From assembly GCA_951801675.1 (NCBI GenBank), contig CATONX010000002.1:129038-193037 (forward strand): a DNA stretch of 64,000 nt, in the 5' to 3' direction. This stretch comes from an uncultured Eubacteriales bacterium (GTDB taxonomy: Bacteria > Bacillota > Clostridia > Oscillospirales > Acutalibacteraceae). The notes beneath the pieces are model-generated. The model did not search any database, was not told the origin of the DNA, and saw only the letters and a list, made by a program, of their open reading frames with translations. Below, one piece after another: positions 42,013-52,283 of this stretch (within the stretch, counting starts at the first letter, position 1; the number at the start of each line of letters is the position of its first letter). The position numbers and the translations under genes are program-made.

Positions 42013-43395
42013 ATGAGTCAAAAGGAAATCCCGGTCAGGGAAAACAAAATGGGCGTCATGTCCGAAAATAAGCTGCTCATTACCATGTCGCTGCCCATGG
42101 TGATCTCCATGCTGGTCCAGGCGCTTTATAACATTGTGGACAGCATGTTTGTGGCACAGATCAGCGAGAATGCGCTGACGGCGGTATCTCTGGCCTTCCC
42201 GGCCCAGAACCTGATGATTGCAGTCGCCACTGGTACGGGGGTCGGCATCAACGCCCTGCTTTCCAAAAGCCTGGGCGAAAAGAACTTCCCGCTGGCCAAC
42301 AAAGTGGCGGAAAACGGCGTCTTTCTTGCCGTGCTCAGTTTTCTGGGATTCGCGCTGGTAGGCGGCTTTTTTTCCGGGTTCTTCTTCCAGATGCAGACTG
42401 ACATCGGAGAGATCGTGGAGGCGGGGACCGATTATCTGATCATCTGCTGCGTATGCTCATTCGGCCTGTTTTTGCAGGTTACTTTCGAGAAGCTGCTCCA
42501 ATCCACTGGAAAGACCTTTTATACCATGATTACGCAGGGAACCGGCGCCATCATCAACATCATTTTAGACCCCATCCTGATTTTCGGTCTGGCCGGATTC
42601 CCGAAAATGGGAGTAGCCGGGGCGGCAGTGGCCACTGTGGTGGGGCAGATCGTGGCAGCGGTGATGGCCTACTTTTTTAACCGGCATAAAAATCACGAGC
42701 TGCATCTGGAAATCCGCAAGTACCGGCCTGACGGGGCGATTATCCGCAAAATATATGGGGTAGGCGTGCCTTCCATCATCATGGCGTCTCTGGGCTCTGT
42801 CATGACCTTTGGAATGAACAAGATTCTCATGTCCTTCTCCTCCACCGCCACAGCGGTCTTCGGCGTGTATTTCAAGCTGCAAAGCTTTGTGTTTATGCCG
42901 GTGTTCGGGCTCAATAACGGCATGGTCCCCATAATTGCATATAACTACGGCGCCCGAAAAAAGAGCCGGATTATAAAAACCATTCAGCTGAGCATTTGTT
43001 ATGCAGTGGGAATGATGCTGTTGGGCCTTGCCGCCTTCTGGATTTTTACTCCAGAGCTTCTTTCCATCTTCAACGCCTCCCAGACCATGCTGGAAATCGG
43101 CGTGCCCGCTCTGCGCATCATCAGCCTGAGCTTCCTGTTCGCAGGCTTTTGTATCTGTACCCTCTCCATCTGCCAGGCGCTGGGACACGGTTTTTTGAGC
43201 CTGACGGTGTCCCTCATCCGACAGCTGGTAATACTGCTGCCCACCGCGTTTGTGCTCTCAAAAATCGGCGGATTGTCTCTGGTCTGGTGGGCCTTCCCCT
43301 TTGCAGAGCTCTTCTCCGTGGCACTCTGCCTGCTCTACCTGCGCCGTATTTTCAAAAAAGAGATTCATCCCTTGGAAATGGAGTCAGCCACGTAA
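42013..43395 (+). CDS. MATE-family efflux transporter
   Basis: 12-TM protein with the typical N-terminus LLITMSLPMVISMLVQALYNIVDSMFV. GGAGGAG lies upstream of the ATG at 42013. The gene is divergent from the MarR gene. Confidence 0.9.
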   Translation: MSQKEIPVRENKMGVMSENKLLITMSLPMVISMLVQALYNIVDSMFVAQISENALTAVSLAFPAQNLMIAVATGTGVGINALLSKSLGEKNFPLANKVAENGVFLAVLSFLGFALVGGFFSGFFFQMQTDIGEIVEAGTDYLIICCVCSFGLFLQVTFEKLLQSTGKTFYTMITQGTGAIINIILDPILIFGLAGFPKMGVAGAAVATVVGQIVAAVMAYFFNRHKNHELHLEIRKYRPDGAIIRKIYGVGVPSIIMASLGSVMTFGMNKILMSFSSTATAVFGVYFKLQSFVFMPVFGLNNGMVPIIAYNYGARKKSRIIKTIQLSICYAVGMMLLGLAAFWIFTPELLSIFNASQTMLEIGVPALRIISLSFLFAGFCICTLSICQALGHGFLSLTVSLIRQLVILLPTAFVLSKIGGLSLVWWAFPFAELFSVALCLLYLRRIFKKEIHPLEMESAT

Positions 43396-43412
43396 TCTGA
43401 TTGTACAATCAA

Positions 43413-43454
43413 AGGAAGCCCCCCCGTCTATGCGCAGACGGGGGGTCTTCCTTT
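43413..43454 (+). terminator. Rho-independent terminator after the MATE gene
   Basis: AGGAAGCCCCCCCGTCT / AGACGGGGGGTCTTCCT stem followed by TTGG. Confidence 0.6.
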
Positions 43455-43775
43455 GGTGTGTTCCCGTTGAGAAAGACGCTTTTTATGGAAAGCCTCGCAG
43501 TAGAGAACAAAACGGCAAATGAAAAACAGCGGCGCGGCCGATAGTGCCCTTCGTGCCTAGGAAAATATTTGATCCAAAGGCTGTGCATCTCTTGGGAACG
43601 TGGTATACTTGGATGAGAAGATTTCCATCTTTGGAAAACTGTTTTGCATACGTATACGAAAACAGACCTGCAAACAGGGATTCTCAGAGGAAGGACTCTA
43701 GACCGGCGTGAAATGTTCATGAGCGCCGGCAGGTTCGTGTTTACCGCCGATTTTAGCAGAAGAGGAGAGTTGAAA

Positions 43776-46154
43776 ATGAAACACAACGCATTTCTCAAGC
43801 GTCTGGCGGTCTTTTGTGTGGTCGCGGCTATGACAGTTACAGCCGCCATGCCGGGCTTTGCCGCCGAATCATCCGCCCCAGCCGTGCCCCGGCAGTTCCA
43901 GGTCAGTGTGCCCGAAGTGAACACATTGCCAAACGGCGGCATCGCCCCCAACCCCATCAGCCAGTACTATTACAACTATAAAGACGGGCAGGGAAGCGGC
44001 ATGCAAAGCCGCAAGAGAGAACCGAACCTGCCCGAAAAGCTGAACCTCAACGATTACGGCCTTTCCACGACCGTCAAGGATCAGGGCAATTGGGGCACCT
44101 GCTGGGCCTTTGCGACAATGGCCTCCGTGGAGAGCAACGTGCTCATGCAGCAGCAGCGCGGGATCAGCGGCGTGTCCAAGGTTCCGGACGCCTCCGAGCT
44201 GCACCTGGCTTGGTTTTATACCCAGAATATCCGTTCCGGCTCCCAGGCGGGAGAAGGAAACGCCGTCGTGTCCGATGCGATATACGGCTTCGATCAAGGC
44301 GGCTTTTGTTCCGGCGCCGCCAACGTCCTGACCTCCTGGCAGGGTGTGATGGATGAAAAGGACGCGCCTTATCAGAACAAGGACGGCACCCTTGACCGGG
44401 AGGGGGATTGGTCGGTGCCGGAGGACCTGCGTTTTTTGTCACGCACCCGCGTGCAGAACGTGGATTATCTGCCAAGCCCCGCCGTGTATGAAGATTATGA
44501 GGAGTACACGGGCTACACCTATGATGAAAACGCCACCAATGCCATTAAAAAGTCCATCATGAAAAACGGCGCGGTGGCTATTTCCTATTACGCCGACCAG
44601 TCCAGGCCCAATCAGGAAGGGGACGGCACTTATTTCAACTATAATAACTGGGCCCAATGCTGCGATACCTACGTAGAGCCCAACCATGCCGTTACCATCA
44701 TCGGCTGGGACGACAGCTATCCCAAGGAAAATTTTGCCGCCGGCCATCGTCCGGAAGAGGACGGCGCCTGGATCGTAAAGAACAGCTGGGGGGACGCGTC
44801 AAGCGGAATTCCCTGGGGTTTCGAGGGCTCCGGCTGCTTCTACCTGTCTTATTACGACCGAACCATTATGGAAGCGACCAGCTTCCAGGTGAACCTGATT
44901 AATTCGAAGACCAAACAATTTCGGTATCAGAACAACTATCAGTATGATTTCCTCGGCCAGCAAAGTTTCATTCCCGCCACCGTCTTCAATTCTGAAGAAC
45001 GCGCCTCGGTTTCCAACGTCTTTACCGCCCAGGGGGATGAGCGGCTGGACGCGGTCTCCGTGCTGACGCTGGACCCCGGCTCCACTGTGATGATCCAGAT
45101 CTATAAGCTCAGGGACAACGCGAAGGGACTCACCGACGGCGTTTTGATGAGCATGCATTCGACCGCCGTGGAGTTCGGCGGGTATCACACCATCGACCTG
45201 GAAACGCCGGTGCTGCTGCGCGAGGGGGAGCGGTTTGCCGTGGTGGAAACCATCCACGGCGACAGCGGATACTATTCTCCTATTGAGCTGGGCAACTCCA
45301 TCGCTTACGACGGCATTGCCAAGGACGGGGAGACCGTCGTGGAGGGAGCGCGCAAGCAGACGGCGGTGGCCAATCCCGGCGAAACCTTCGTCTGGGACGC
45401 GCAAACCGGCTGGGTTGATATCACCACGATTCCCACCGACGGCGTCTTGGAAATTGGAAACGCCATGATCAAGGCGTTTACCAACGACGTGGAGCTGCCG
45501 CCGCTGGAGGAGATTACGGTTTCTCATGTGGAAAACGCCTCCTCTCTGCCGGACGAAGTCGCGGGCCTTTCCCGGGTCACCGGGAAGATCGACGCGCTGG
45601 ATCCGGGCATCTTCCTCCAGAATGTAGACCCTCAAAGCAACGCCTACGATGCGCTGATGAACGCATCGGCGGAGGGCAGCGAGATGCATGCCGTCTTCGA
45701 CCTGTCGGTTCCTTCCATGACCTATGTGGAAGGCGCCATACAGGTGACGTTGCCGGTGGGCGAGGAATTTGACGGACGTACGGCGGCGGTGGCGCACTTT
45801 TTGAACGCCGGCGAGCTCGACCAGAACGGAAAACCGGTGGGCGTGGATACGGTGGATTGGTACACGGGCCTGACGGTGGAGGACGGGACGGTAACCATAC
45901 CGGCCTACGCTCTTTCTTCCTTCTCCATTTTACTCAATAAGGTGGAGCCGAAGCCCGAACCGGAGCCTGAGCCTGAGCCGGACCCCGGACCGGCTCCTGA
46001 GGACCCGGATCGCCCAGGTGGAACGACTACTCCACAGCCTTCTTCCCCAGACACGGGTTACCACTCCGACCTTTGGCTTTTGTGCGGTCTGCTTCTTGTG
46101 TCCGCCGCCGGAGTGCTGACGCTTCTTATCGTCAAAAAGCGCAGGAGCGCGTAA
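43776..46154 (+). CDS. Secreted papain-like (C1 family) cysteine peptidase, cell-wall anchored via an SPDTG sorting signal
   Basis: Signal peptide MKHNAFLKRLAVFCVVAAM. Catalytic motifs DQGNWGTCWAF and NHAVTIIGWDD, plus WIVKNSWG. An EP-repeat linker is followed by SPDTG, a TM segment and KKRRSA. Confidence 0.85.
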   Translation: MKHNAFLKRLAVFCVVAAMTVTAAMPGFAAESSAPAVPRQFQVSVPEVNTLPNGGIAPNPISQYYYNYKDGQGSGMQSRKREPNLPEKLNLNDYGLSTTVKDQGNWGTCWAFATMASVESNVLMQQQRGISGVSKVPDASELHLAWFYTQNIRSGSQAGEGNAVVSDAIYGFDQGGFCSGAANVLTSWQGVMDEKDAPYQNKDGTLDREGDWSVPEDLRFLSRTRVQNVDYLPSPAVYEDYEEYTGYTYDENATNAIKKSIMKNGAVAISYYADQSRPNQEGDGTYFNYNNWAQCCDTYVEPNHAVTIIGWDDSYPKENFAAGHRPEEDGAWIVKNSWGDASSGIPWGFEGSGCFYLSYYDRTIMEATSFQVNLINSKTKQFRYQNNYQYDFLGQQSFIPATVFNSEERASVSNVFTAQGDERLDAVSVLTLDPGSTVMIQIYKLRDNAKGLTDGVLMSMHSTAVEFGGYHTIDLETPVLLREGERFAVVETIHGDSGYYSPIELGNSIAYDGIAKDGETVVEGARKQTAVANPGETFVWDAQTGWVDITTIPTDGVLEIGNAMIKAFTNDVELPPLEEITVSHVENASSLPDEVAGLSRVTGKIDALDPGIFLQNVDPQSNAYDALMNASAEGSEMHAVFDLSVPSMTYVEGAIQVTLPVGEEFDGRTAAVAHFLNAGELDQNGKPVGVDTVDWYTGLTVEDGTVTIPAYALSSFSILLNKVEPKPEPEPEPEPDPGPAPEDPDRPGGTTTPQPSSPDTGYHSDLWLLCGLLLVSAAGVLTLLIVKKRRSA

Positions 46155-46197
46155 CGGCCTATTATTTGTTGCTTCCTTTCTGTCTCTTTGAAAGGAC

Positions 46198-46229
46198 GGG
46201 CAGCCGAACGGCGCTGCCCGCCCTTTTTC
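46198..46229 (+). terminator. Terminator after the peptidase gene
   Basis: GGGCAGC / GCTGCCC stem followed by GCCCTTTTT. Confidence 0.5.
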
Positions 46230-46433
46230 GCCTGCTTTCCTTTGCGCAAATGGCCGTTTCCAAAGCCGGTGCGCGGTAGTGGCCATCTGTGTCCATACAA
46301 CCGGGCCTTTTAAGGCGCGGCAAACGGGGGAAAAGGTCCTTGCATAGAGATTCTTACCGGGGTTTCCGAACGCTCCGGCAGAAAACCGCATGGGAAAAGC
46401 GGAAGGCTGCGAGAAGCATTTTTGCTGTTGCAC

Positions 46434-46480
46434 AAAAAAGCCTTTTCTTCGCTCTCGGAGCGAAGAAAAGGCTTTTCCTT
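46434..46480. terminator. Bidirectional terminator downstream of mreB
   Basis: 19-bp stem AAAAGCCTTTTCTTCGCTC / GAGCGAAGAAAAGGCTTTT. Confidence 0.65.
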
Positions 46481-46492
46481 TACGGTATGAAT

Positions 46493-47518
46493 TTATTTGC
46501 GCAAATCCTCGACGGTGCGGTAATTGTATACCCCGCCCTGAAGCTGGTCAATGTAGGGGAGAGCTTCGCCCGTTCCCTTGACCACGCAGGAGATGGGATC
46601 TTCCGGGATACGAACCTGCACGCCGGTTTTTGAGGTAATCAGTTCACTCAAGCCGCCCAGCAGCGCGGAACCTCCCGTCACCACAATGCCGTCGGAGAAA
46701 ATGTCTCCGATGAGCTCGGGAGGCGTCTGTTCCAGCACGCCCTGGATGGCCGACATGAGGGTTTGCACCGGCTCCTCAATGGCCTCCATAATGTCCGTCG
46801 AGGTCACTTCCACCGCTTGGGGCAGGCCGTTCATGGCATTGCGCCCCTTTGCGATGGCCGTGCGTTCCTCGTTCAGCGGATAAACGGTGCCCGCTTCGAT
46901 TTTCAGTTTTTCGGCCATACGGTTGCCGATGTGAATGGAGTACTTGCGCCGGACATAACGAATGATGGCCTCGTCAAAATCGTTGCCCGCCACCTTGATG
47001 GATTCGGACACCGCTACCCCGTAAAGAGAGAGCACCGCGATGTCGGTGGTGCCGCCGCCAATGTCCACCACCATGCTGCCGTGGGGAGCGGAAATGTCCA
47101 CTCCTGCGCCGATGGCCGCCGCCACCGGTTCCTCTATTGGGTACACCCGGCTGGCGCCCGCTGCGAGGATGGCGTCTAACAAAGCCCGCTGCTCCACGCC
47201 GGTGACCCGGCTTGGCATACACACCACCACCTGGGGCTTAAAGAGCTTATTGCCGCACACCCGCTTGAGAAATGCGGTGAGCATCTGCTCAGCCAGATGG
47301 CAGTCGGAAATGACACCCTGATCCAGCGGATAGACCGCCGCGATCCCCTTATGGGTGCGTCCAAGCATTTTATGCGCTTCATCGCCAACCTTTAAAACCT
47401 CGTCGGTGTAAGTGTTGGTGGCCACCACCGACGGTTCGTTTAATACCACGCCCCGCCCCTGAATGTAGATCAGGGTGGTGGAAGTGCCAAGATCAATTCC
47501 AATGTCCGAGCCGAGCAT
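46493..47518 (-). CDS. mreB: Rod shape-determining protein MreB/Mbl
   Basis: Actin-fold motifs DIGIDLGTSTTLIY, VVCMPSRVTGVEQRA, MVVDIGGGTTDIAVLS and IVVTGGSALLGGL. Confidence 0.95.
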   Translation of the reverse strand: MLGSDIGIDLGTSTTLIYIQGRGVVLNEPSVVATNTYTDEVLKVGDEAHKMLGRTHKGIAAVYPLDQGVISDCHLAEQMLTAFLKRVCGNKLFKPQVVVCMPSRVTGVEQRALLDAILAAGASRVYPIEEPVAAAIGAGVDISAPHGSMVVDIGGGTTDIAVLSLYGVAVSESIKVAGNDFDEAIIRYVRRKYSIHIGNRMAEKLKIEAGTVYPLNEERTAIAKGRNAMNGLPQAVEVTSTDIMEAIEEPVQTLMSAIQGVLEQTPPELIGDIFSDGIVVTGGSALLGGLSELITSKTGVQVRIPEDPISCVVKGTGEALPYIDQLQGGVYNYRTVEDLRK

Positions 47519-47600
47519 ACGTTTTTCACCGTTTCCCCGCGCCAGATTTTCAGAAAGAAGCCGCCTGCCTTGCGCGGCAAACAGGCGAACCGAGAAGATG

Positions 47601-48461
47601 TTATTGAAGCGGCTCGGTATGGTTACCCTTGCCGACTGGCGCCATGGATTTCACGCCGGCAGGTTTCGCCGGACCTACTTGGGAGGAATAGATTCCCTTT
47701 GTTACCAAACCCACAGGACCCTTTGCATTATACGACATTTTTATGGCTTTTACAAGCGTTCTCGCACGGGTTACGGTACAAACCACGCAAAAAACTTCCC
47801 TTGCTCCGGCCTCCTTGAGTACTTTGGCGCATTCGTTGAGGGTGGCGCCGGTAGTCATGATGTCGTCCACCAAAAGAATTGTTTTTCCCGTTACCGCCTG
47901 TGTGTTTTCCACGCCGTAGGCGCCCAGCACGTTCGACCACCGGTCCCGCGCGCCCATGGAATGCTGGGGAGGGCAGTCGAGAACCTTCAAAAGGGCGTCA
48001 GCGGCAAAAGGCTTTTCCAGCAAAACGGCCAACTGCTGCCCCAGAAGCTCCGCATGGTTATAACCCCGTTTTTTGATGGTGCTTTTGCTGGCCGGCACGC
48101 AGCACACCACATCCGCTGGACTGCCGCCGTACTCTCTCACCACCGCGTCGTACATCTGGGCGCCCAGCACCGCCGCCGCTTCCGTGCGTCCGTAAAACTT
48201 CAGCCGCAGCACGGCGGACTTGGCCCGGCCCTCATAATAGAAGGGAGCGACGCACCGGCAAAATTGATAGTGCTTGCGGCACTTACAATAGGGCAAGCCC
48301 CGTCCGCAGGTTTTGCAGATGGGGGCCTCCACCCACGCCAGCTTTTTTACACAGTCGGGACAAATGGTTTCCTTCGGGGAGATCACCGCGCTGCAAAACG
48401 CGCAGCGATTTGGATAGATCCAGTGTAAAACGGTGGATTTGACGTGCTCTAAGAATCCCAA
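47601..48461 (-). CDS. comFC: ComF-family protein (ComFC-like phosphoribosyltransferase with an N-terminal zinc finger)
   Basis: Cys4 N-terminus (CAFC...CPDC, CKTC...CKC). PRT motif ILLVDDIMTTGATL. TTG start directly abuts the recD2 stop. Confidence 0.8.
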   Translation of the reverse strand: MGFLEHVKSTVLHWIYPNRCAFCSAVISPKETICPDCVKKLAWVEAPICKTCGRGLPYCKCRKHYQFCRCVAPFYYEGRAKSAVLRLKFYGRTEAAAVLGAQMYDAVVREYGGSPADVVCCVPASKSTIKKRGYNHAELLGQQLAVLLEKPFAADALLKVLDCPPQHSMGARDRWSNVLGAYGVENTQAVTGKTILLVDDIMTTGATLNECAKVLKEAGAREVFCVVCTVTRARTLVKAIKMSYNAKGPVGLVTKGIYSSQVGPAKPAGVKSMAPVGKGNHTEPLQ

Positions 48462-50675
48462 TTATGCATCCTCCTCTCTTTGACAAAGAAAGGTCTTCAG
48501 CCCGGAATATCGTTTGGTCTTACGGTTATTATGCACCATATCGGCGACGATCTGCGCCTGCCCGACTAAAATCAGCAGGGCTTTCGCCCGGGTGACCGCC
48601 GTATACAACAGGTTTCGGTAGCTCAGCAAAGGCGGCACCGAGAAAAGCGGAAGAATCACCGCCTCAAATTCACTCCCCTGACTTTTGTGTACCGTGGTGG
48701 CATAGGCAAGCTCCAGGTCAACGGCGGCCTCCGCCGTATAAAGCGCCACCCGGTCCTCAAACCGGATGGTCATGCTGGCACTGGCCCGGTCCACCTCTTC
48801 GAGGACACCGATGTCGCCGTTGAACACCCCTTCGCCCTCGGTTCCGTCGTCCCGGGTCCAGGGGATGGAATAGTTGTTTTTGACCTGCATGACCTTATCA
48901 CCCTGGCGAAACAAGGCGGCCCCCACCTTGATTTCCCGTTTTTCCGCGCTTGGCGGGTTTAGTACCTCCTGCAGCCGCAGGTTTAATTGCACCGTACCCG
49001 TTTCCCCCTTGCGCCCGGGGCATAGCACCTGAATTTGGGCAAACGGCGAATATCCGTAGGCGGCGGGCAGCCGGGTGGAGCACAGGTCGCACACCGTTTG
49101 CACCACCCGCTCGGGCGTCTGGGCGGGGAGAAAGAAAAAGTCACTGTCTTTTTTCGTGAGTTCAGGCAGCTCCCCGCGGACGATCTTATGCGCGTTCGTA
49201 ATGATGGTGCTTTCGCTTGCCTGGCGGAATACCTCCGTAAGCGCCACCACCGGCAGCAGCTTCGAGTCAATCAGGTCGCCCAGCACGTTGCCCGCACCCA
49301 CCGGCGGCAGCTGGTCGTTGTCTCCCACCAGGATCAGCCGGCAGCCCAGCCGCAGCGCCCGCAGCAGGCTTTCAAACAGCAGCACGTCCACCATGGACAG
49401 CTCGTCCACCACCACCGCGTCGCAGTCGAGGGGGTTTCTCTCGTTGCGGGAGAAGACCGGCCGGTCGTTCTGGTCCCACTCCACCTCCAAAAGCCGGTGG
49501 AGGGTCTTTGCTTCCTTGCCCGTCACCTCGGAGATACGCTTGGCCGCCCGGCCGGTGGGAGCGGCGATGACTACCTGTTCGCCGTTTTCCTCCAAGAGCC
49601 GGATGATGCCGTTTAAGGTAGTAGTCTTGCCGGTGCCCGGCCCGCCGGTCAGAATCACTAGCCCTTTGTTGAGCGCCTGGTCGATGGCGCTGCGCTGCAG
49701 AGGATCGAACGTGATCCCCATCTGCTGCTCGATCATCGAGATGCCCTCGTTGACACCGGAGCAGGGGGGCGGGGTAAACTGCAGCATCAGCTTGATGCGT
49801 CCGGCGGCGTAGGATTCCGCCCGGTGGGCGTTGGGCAAAAAGACAAACGAGCCGTTGGGAAATTCCTCTTCCTTGAGCTCCATTCCTTCGATCATCCCGC
49901 TGAGCGCTGCGAAGCACAGCTCCTCCTCCACGCCAAGCCGCCCGGCCGTCACCTCGGCCACCTTCTGCAAGGGCAGGCAGGTGTGGCCGTTGCCAAAGTT
50001 ATGCCGCAGCACATAGAGGATGCCCGCCTGGATGCGGCTTTCGTCGTCCGCCGGGTGTTCCATCGACCGGGCGATTTCATCCGCCCGGTCAAAGCTGATG
50101 CCAATGCCTTCCGTACAAAGGTTATAGGGGTTTTCCCGCACCTTATCCACCGTGGAGGAACCCCATTTTTTCCAGGCATTCATGGTTTCGTTGGGAGTCA
50201 GCCCGTACTGAGACAGGCTGACCATAGCTTCCCGGATCCCGAACTTTTGAGAATAATCCTCTCCGATAGCCTTGGCCTTGGCTAAGGAAATTCCTTTGAT
50301 TTCGCTCAAACGCTCGGGTTCGTTTTCAAGGATCTGGAGCGTTTTCTCGCCGAACTTCATGACGAGCCGCGAGGCGGTCGCCGGGCCGATTCCCTTGACC
50401 GCGCCCGAGGACAGGTACCGCAGAATCGCGGTTTCGCTCACCGGCTGGGAGCGCTCCATGTATTCGGCTTTGAACTGAGCACCGAAGTTGGGATGGGTGC
50501 CCCAATGGCCCAGGAGCTTCACTTCCTCTCCTGCGTAGACCTCCGGCAGCACCCCCACCACCGTCACCAGTTCCTCGTAGGCTTCCAGCTCCAGCACTGT
50601 CCAGCCGGAAACCTCATTGCGGAAGGTCACCGTATTGACCGTGCCTTCCAGGCGTTCCATGTCATCCCTGTCCAT
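48462..50675 (-). CDS. recD2: ATP-dependent RecD2-like SF1B DNA helicase
   Basis: Walker A GGPGTGKTT; DELSMVD; LVGDNDQLPPVGAG; C-terminal TVHKSQGSE. I chose the start MDRDDMERL at 50675 (GGAAGGGA 7 nt upstream); the ORF-track start is 50708. Confidence 0.9.
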   Translation of the reverse strand: MDRDDMERLEGTVNTVTFRNEVSGWTVLELEAYEELVTVVGVLPEVYAGEEVKLLGHWGTHPNFGAQFKAEYMERSQPVSETAILRYLSSGAVKGIGPATASRLVMKFGEKTLQILENEPERLSEIKGISLAKAKAIGEDYSQKFGIREAMVSLSQYGLTPNETMNAWKKWGSSTVDKVRENPYNLCTEGIGISFDRADEIARSMEHPADDESRIQAGILYVLRHNFGNGHTCLPLQKVAEVTAGRLGVEEELCFAALSGMIEGMELKEEEFPNGSFVFLPNAHRAESYAAGRIKLMLQFTPPPCSGVNEGISMIEQQMGITFDPLQRSAIDQALNKGLVILTGGPGTGKTTTLNGIIRLLEENGEQVVIAAPTGRAAKRISEVTGKEAKTLHRLLEVEWDQNDRPVFSRNERNPLDCDAVVVDELSMVDVLLFESLLRALRLGCRLILVGDNDQLPPVGAGNVLGDLIDSKLLPVVALTEVFRQASESTIITNAHKIVRGELPELTKKDSDFFFLPAQTPERVVQTVCDLCSTRLPAAYGYSPFAQIQVLCPGRKGETGTVQLNLRLQEVLNPPSAEKREIKVGAALFRQGDKVMQVKNNYSIPWTRDDGTEGEGVFNGDIGVLEEVDRASASMTIRFEDRVALYTAEAAVDLELAYATTVHKSQGSEFEAVILPLFSVPPLLSYRNLLYTAVTRAKALLILVGQAQIVADMVHNNRKTKRYSGLKTFLCQREEDA

Positions 50676-50744
50676 TTGCTCGTCCCTTCCGCATGTGAAA
50701 TGATACATAAATAAGTATAAGCCAAAGTGCTGCGCTTGTAAACC

Positions 50745-51092
50745 TCAGGACGCCAAGGTATCCTCCAGGATGGTGCAGAGTTCTTCCTGGGCTACCAGCT
50801 CGGCGCCAAGCTCGCTGCAGAAGAGCTGGCACAGCTCATAGGTATCGTGGTCCATCCCGCAGTCTACGACAAATACCAGCGTCTGGCGGGTGTCCGACCA
50901 CTTTGCCCGCGCCACCGCGCTGCGGATCATGTATTCCACGTCCTCCCGATGCCCGGACAACGGAACGGTGACCACCATGCGAAGCCCGCGCTTGGGCTTT
51001 AATAGGGCGAACACGATCATGCGGATAACATCCACAATTCCCAGTATGGAAAAGAGAAGAAAGATCAGGCTGGCAATGGTTTCGGCTGACAT
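50745..51092 (-). CDS. Hypothetical membrane-anchored protein
   Basis: 115 aa with one N-terminal TM helix (IASLIFLLFSILGIVDVIRMIVFALL). I recognise no family. Confidence 0.5.
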   Translation of the reverse strand: MSAETIASLIFLLFSILGIVDVIRMIVFALLKPKRGLRMVVTVPLSGHREDVEYMIRSAVARAKWSDTRQTLVFVVDCGMDHDTYELCQLFCSELGAELVAQEELCTILEDTLAS

Positions 51093-51300
51093 ATGAAAAC
51101 CTCCCGGTTGGCCGCGCTGCCTGTACGCGGCAAGATCAAAAGGGGCCCCTTCGTTCCAGTCTATGAAAAATCCGTCTGTTTGCCAGTGATTTTCTCAAAA
51201 AAGAGAGGAAAAATGGATGGTAGGTGAAAATAAACGGAACTCGTTGCAGCCGAAAAGAAATCGGTGTACAATGATGGACAAAGAAAGGATGTGTGTTTTC

Positions 51301-51648
51301 ATGGCAGGAAACCAGCAGCGAGAGGTCCAGCGGGTGGAACAGATGGCCGGAGGCAAGGGCCATGTCTTGATCGAACGCCTTCTCTCAGAGAAAGAGCTCG
51401 ACGGCAAATGCCGGATGTACGCAAAGGTGACCTTAGAGCCCGGCTGCTCCATCGGCTACCACGAGCATCATAAAGAAAGTGAAACCTATTATATCCTGTC
51501 CGGCACCGGCCGGTACCAGGACGACGACCGCTTCGAGGAAGTGACCACCGGCACAGTGACCTTTACCGGGGACGGTCATGGCCATGGCCTTGCGAACACC
51601 GGGACGGAAAACCTGGTGTTCATGGCGCTGATTATTTTGGGTGATTAA
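51301..51648 (+). CDS. Cupin-domain protein
   Basis: Cupin motifs GCSIGYHEHHKESETYYILSG and GHGHGLANTG. Start is uncertain (51271, 51289 or 51301). Confidence 0.75.
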   Translation: MAGNQQREVQRVEQMAGGKGHVLIERLLSEKELDGKCRMYAKVTLEPGCSIGYHEHHKESETYYILSGTGRYQDDDRFEEVTTGTVTFTGDGHGHGLANTGTENLVFMALIILGD

Positions 51649-51693
51649 AAAAGAAGGCCTGGGCGATTTTTTATTGCCCAGGCCTTCTTTTTT
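51647..51693 (+). terminator. Rho-independent terminator after the cupin gene
   Basis: GAAGGCCTGGGC / GCCCAGGCCTTC stem flanked by an A-run and TTTTTT. Confidence 0.7.
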
Positions 51694-51842
51694 ATGAATT
51701 TATGCTTTTCTCACTCCATTTAACACAGGAAAAGGATGAGGGATGCAAGAGTGGTCTAAATGAAAAATCCAAATAATAATTGTCTATTTTTAGCACAAAA
51801 TTAAATTAATTAATTTATATATTAAAAATATTAATTTTGATA

Positions 51843-51871
51843 TTGACATTTTTGATTCGTGTAGTTATATT
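51843..51871 (+). promoter_or_regulatory. Near-consensus sigma-A promoter for the DUF2089 operon
   Basis: TTGACA (51843-51848), 17-nt spacer, TATATT (51866-51871), within a very AT-rich stretch. Confidence 0.55.
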
Positions 51872-51896
51872 AATAGTAGCAGAAAGGAGTGATGGT

Positions 51897-52256
51897 GTGA
51901 ACCAGGTGATTAGCCGTTGCCCGGTATGCAACCGCGAGCTGACCGTGACTAGGCTCAAATGTGATTCCTGCGATACGGTGATTGAAAATAACTTTAGGCT
52001 CAGCAAATTCGATTATCTTTCGGACGAGGAGCTGTATTTCACAGAGACGTTTCTTCGCTGCCGGGGGAACATCAAAGAGGTGGAAAAGGAGCTTGGCATC
52101 TCATATCCCACCGTCCGCTCCAAGCTGGACGCGGTCATCAAAAAGCTTGGCTACGATGCCGGGAGCGACGAACGGGCGGCCCGGAAAGAAGAGATTTTAA
52201 AGGCCTTGGAAAACGGAGAGATTACGGCACAGCAGGCCATTGCACAGCTAAAATAA
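51897..52256 (+). CDS. DUF2089-family protein (zinc ribbon + HTH)
   Basis: GTG start 7 nt after AAAGGAG. Motifs CPVCNRELTVTRLKCDSCDTVIE and ELGISYPTVRSKLD. Confidence 0.75.
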   Translation: MNQVISRCPVCNRELTVTRLKCDSCDTVIENNFRLSKFDYLSDEELYFTETFLRCRGNIKEVEKELGISYPTVRSKLDAVIKKLGYDAGSDERAARKEEILKALENGEITAQQAIAQLK

Positions 52257-52283
52257 CAGCGATAAAAAGGAGGCATACAGGTT

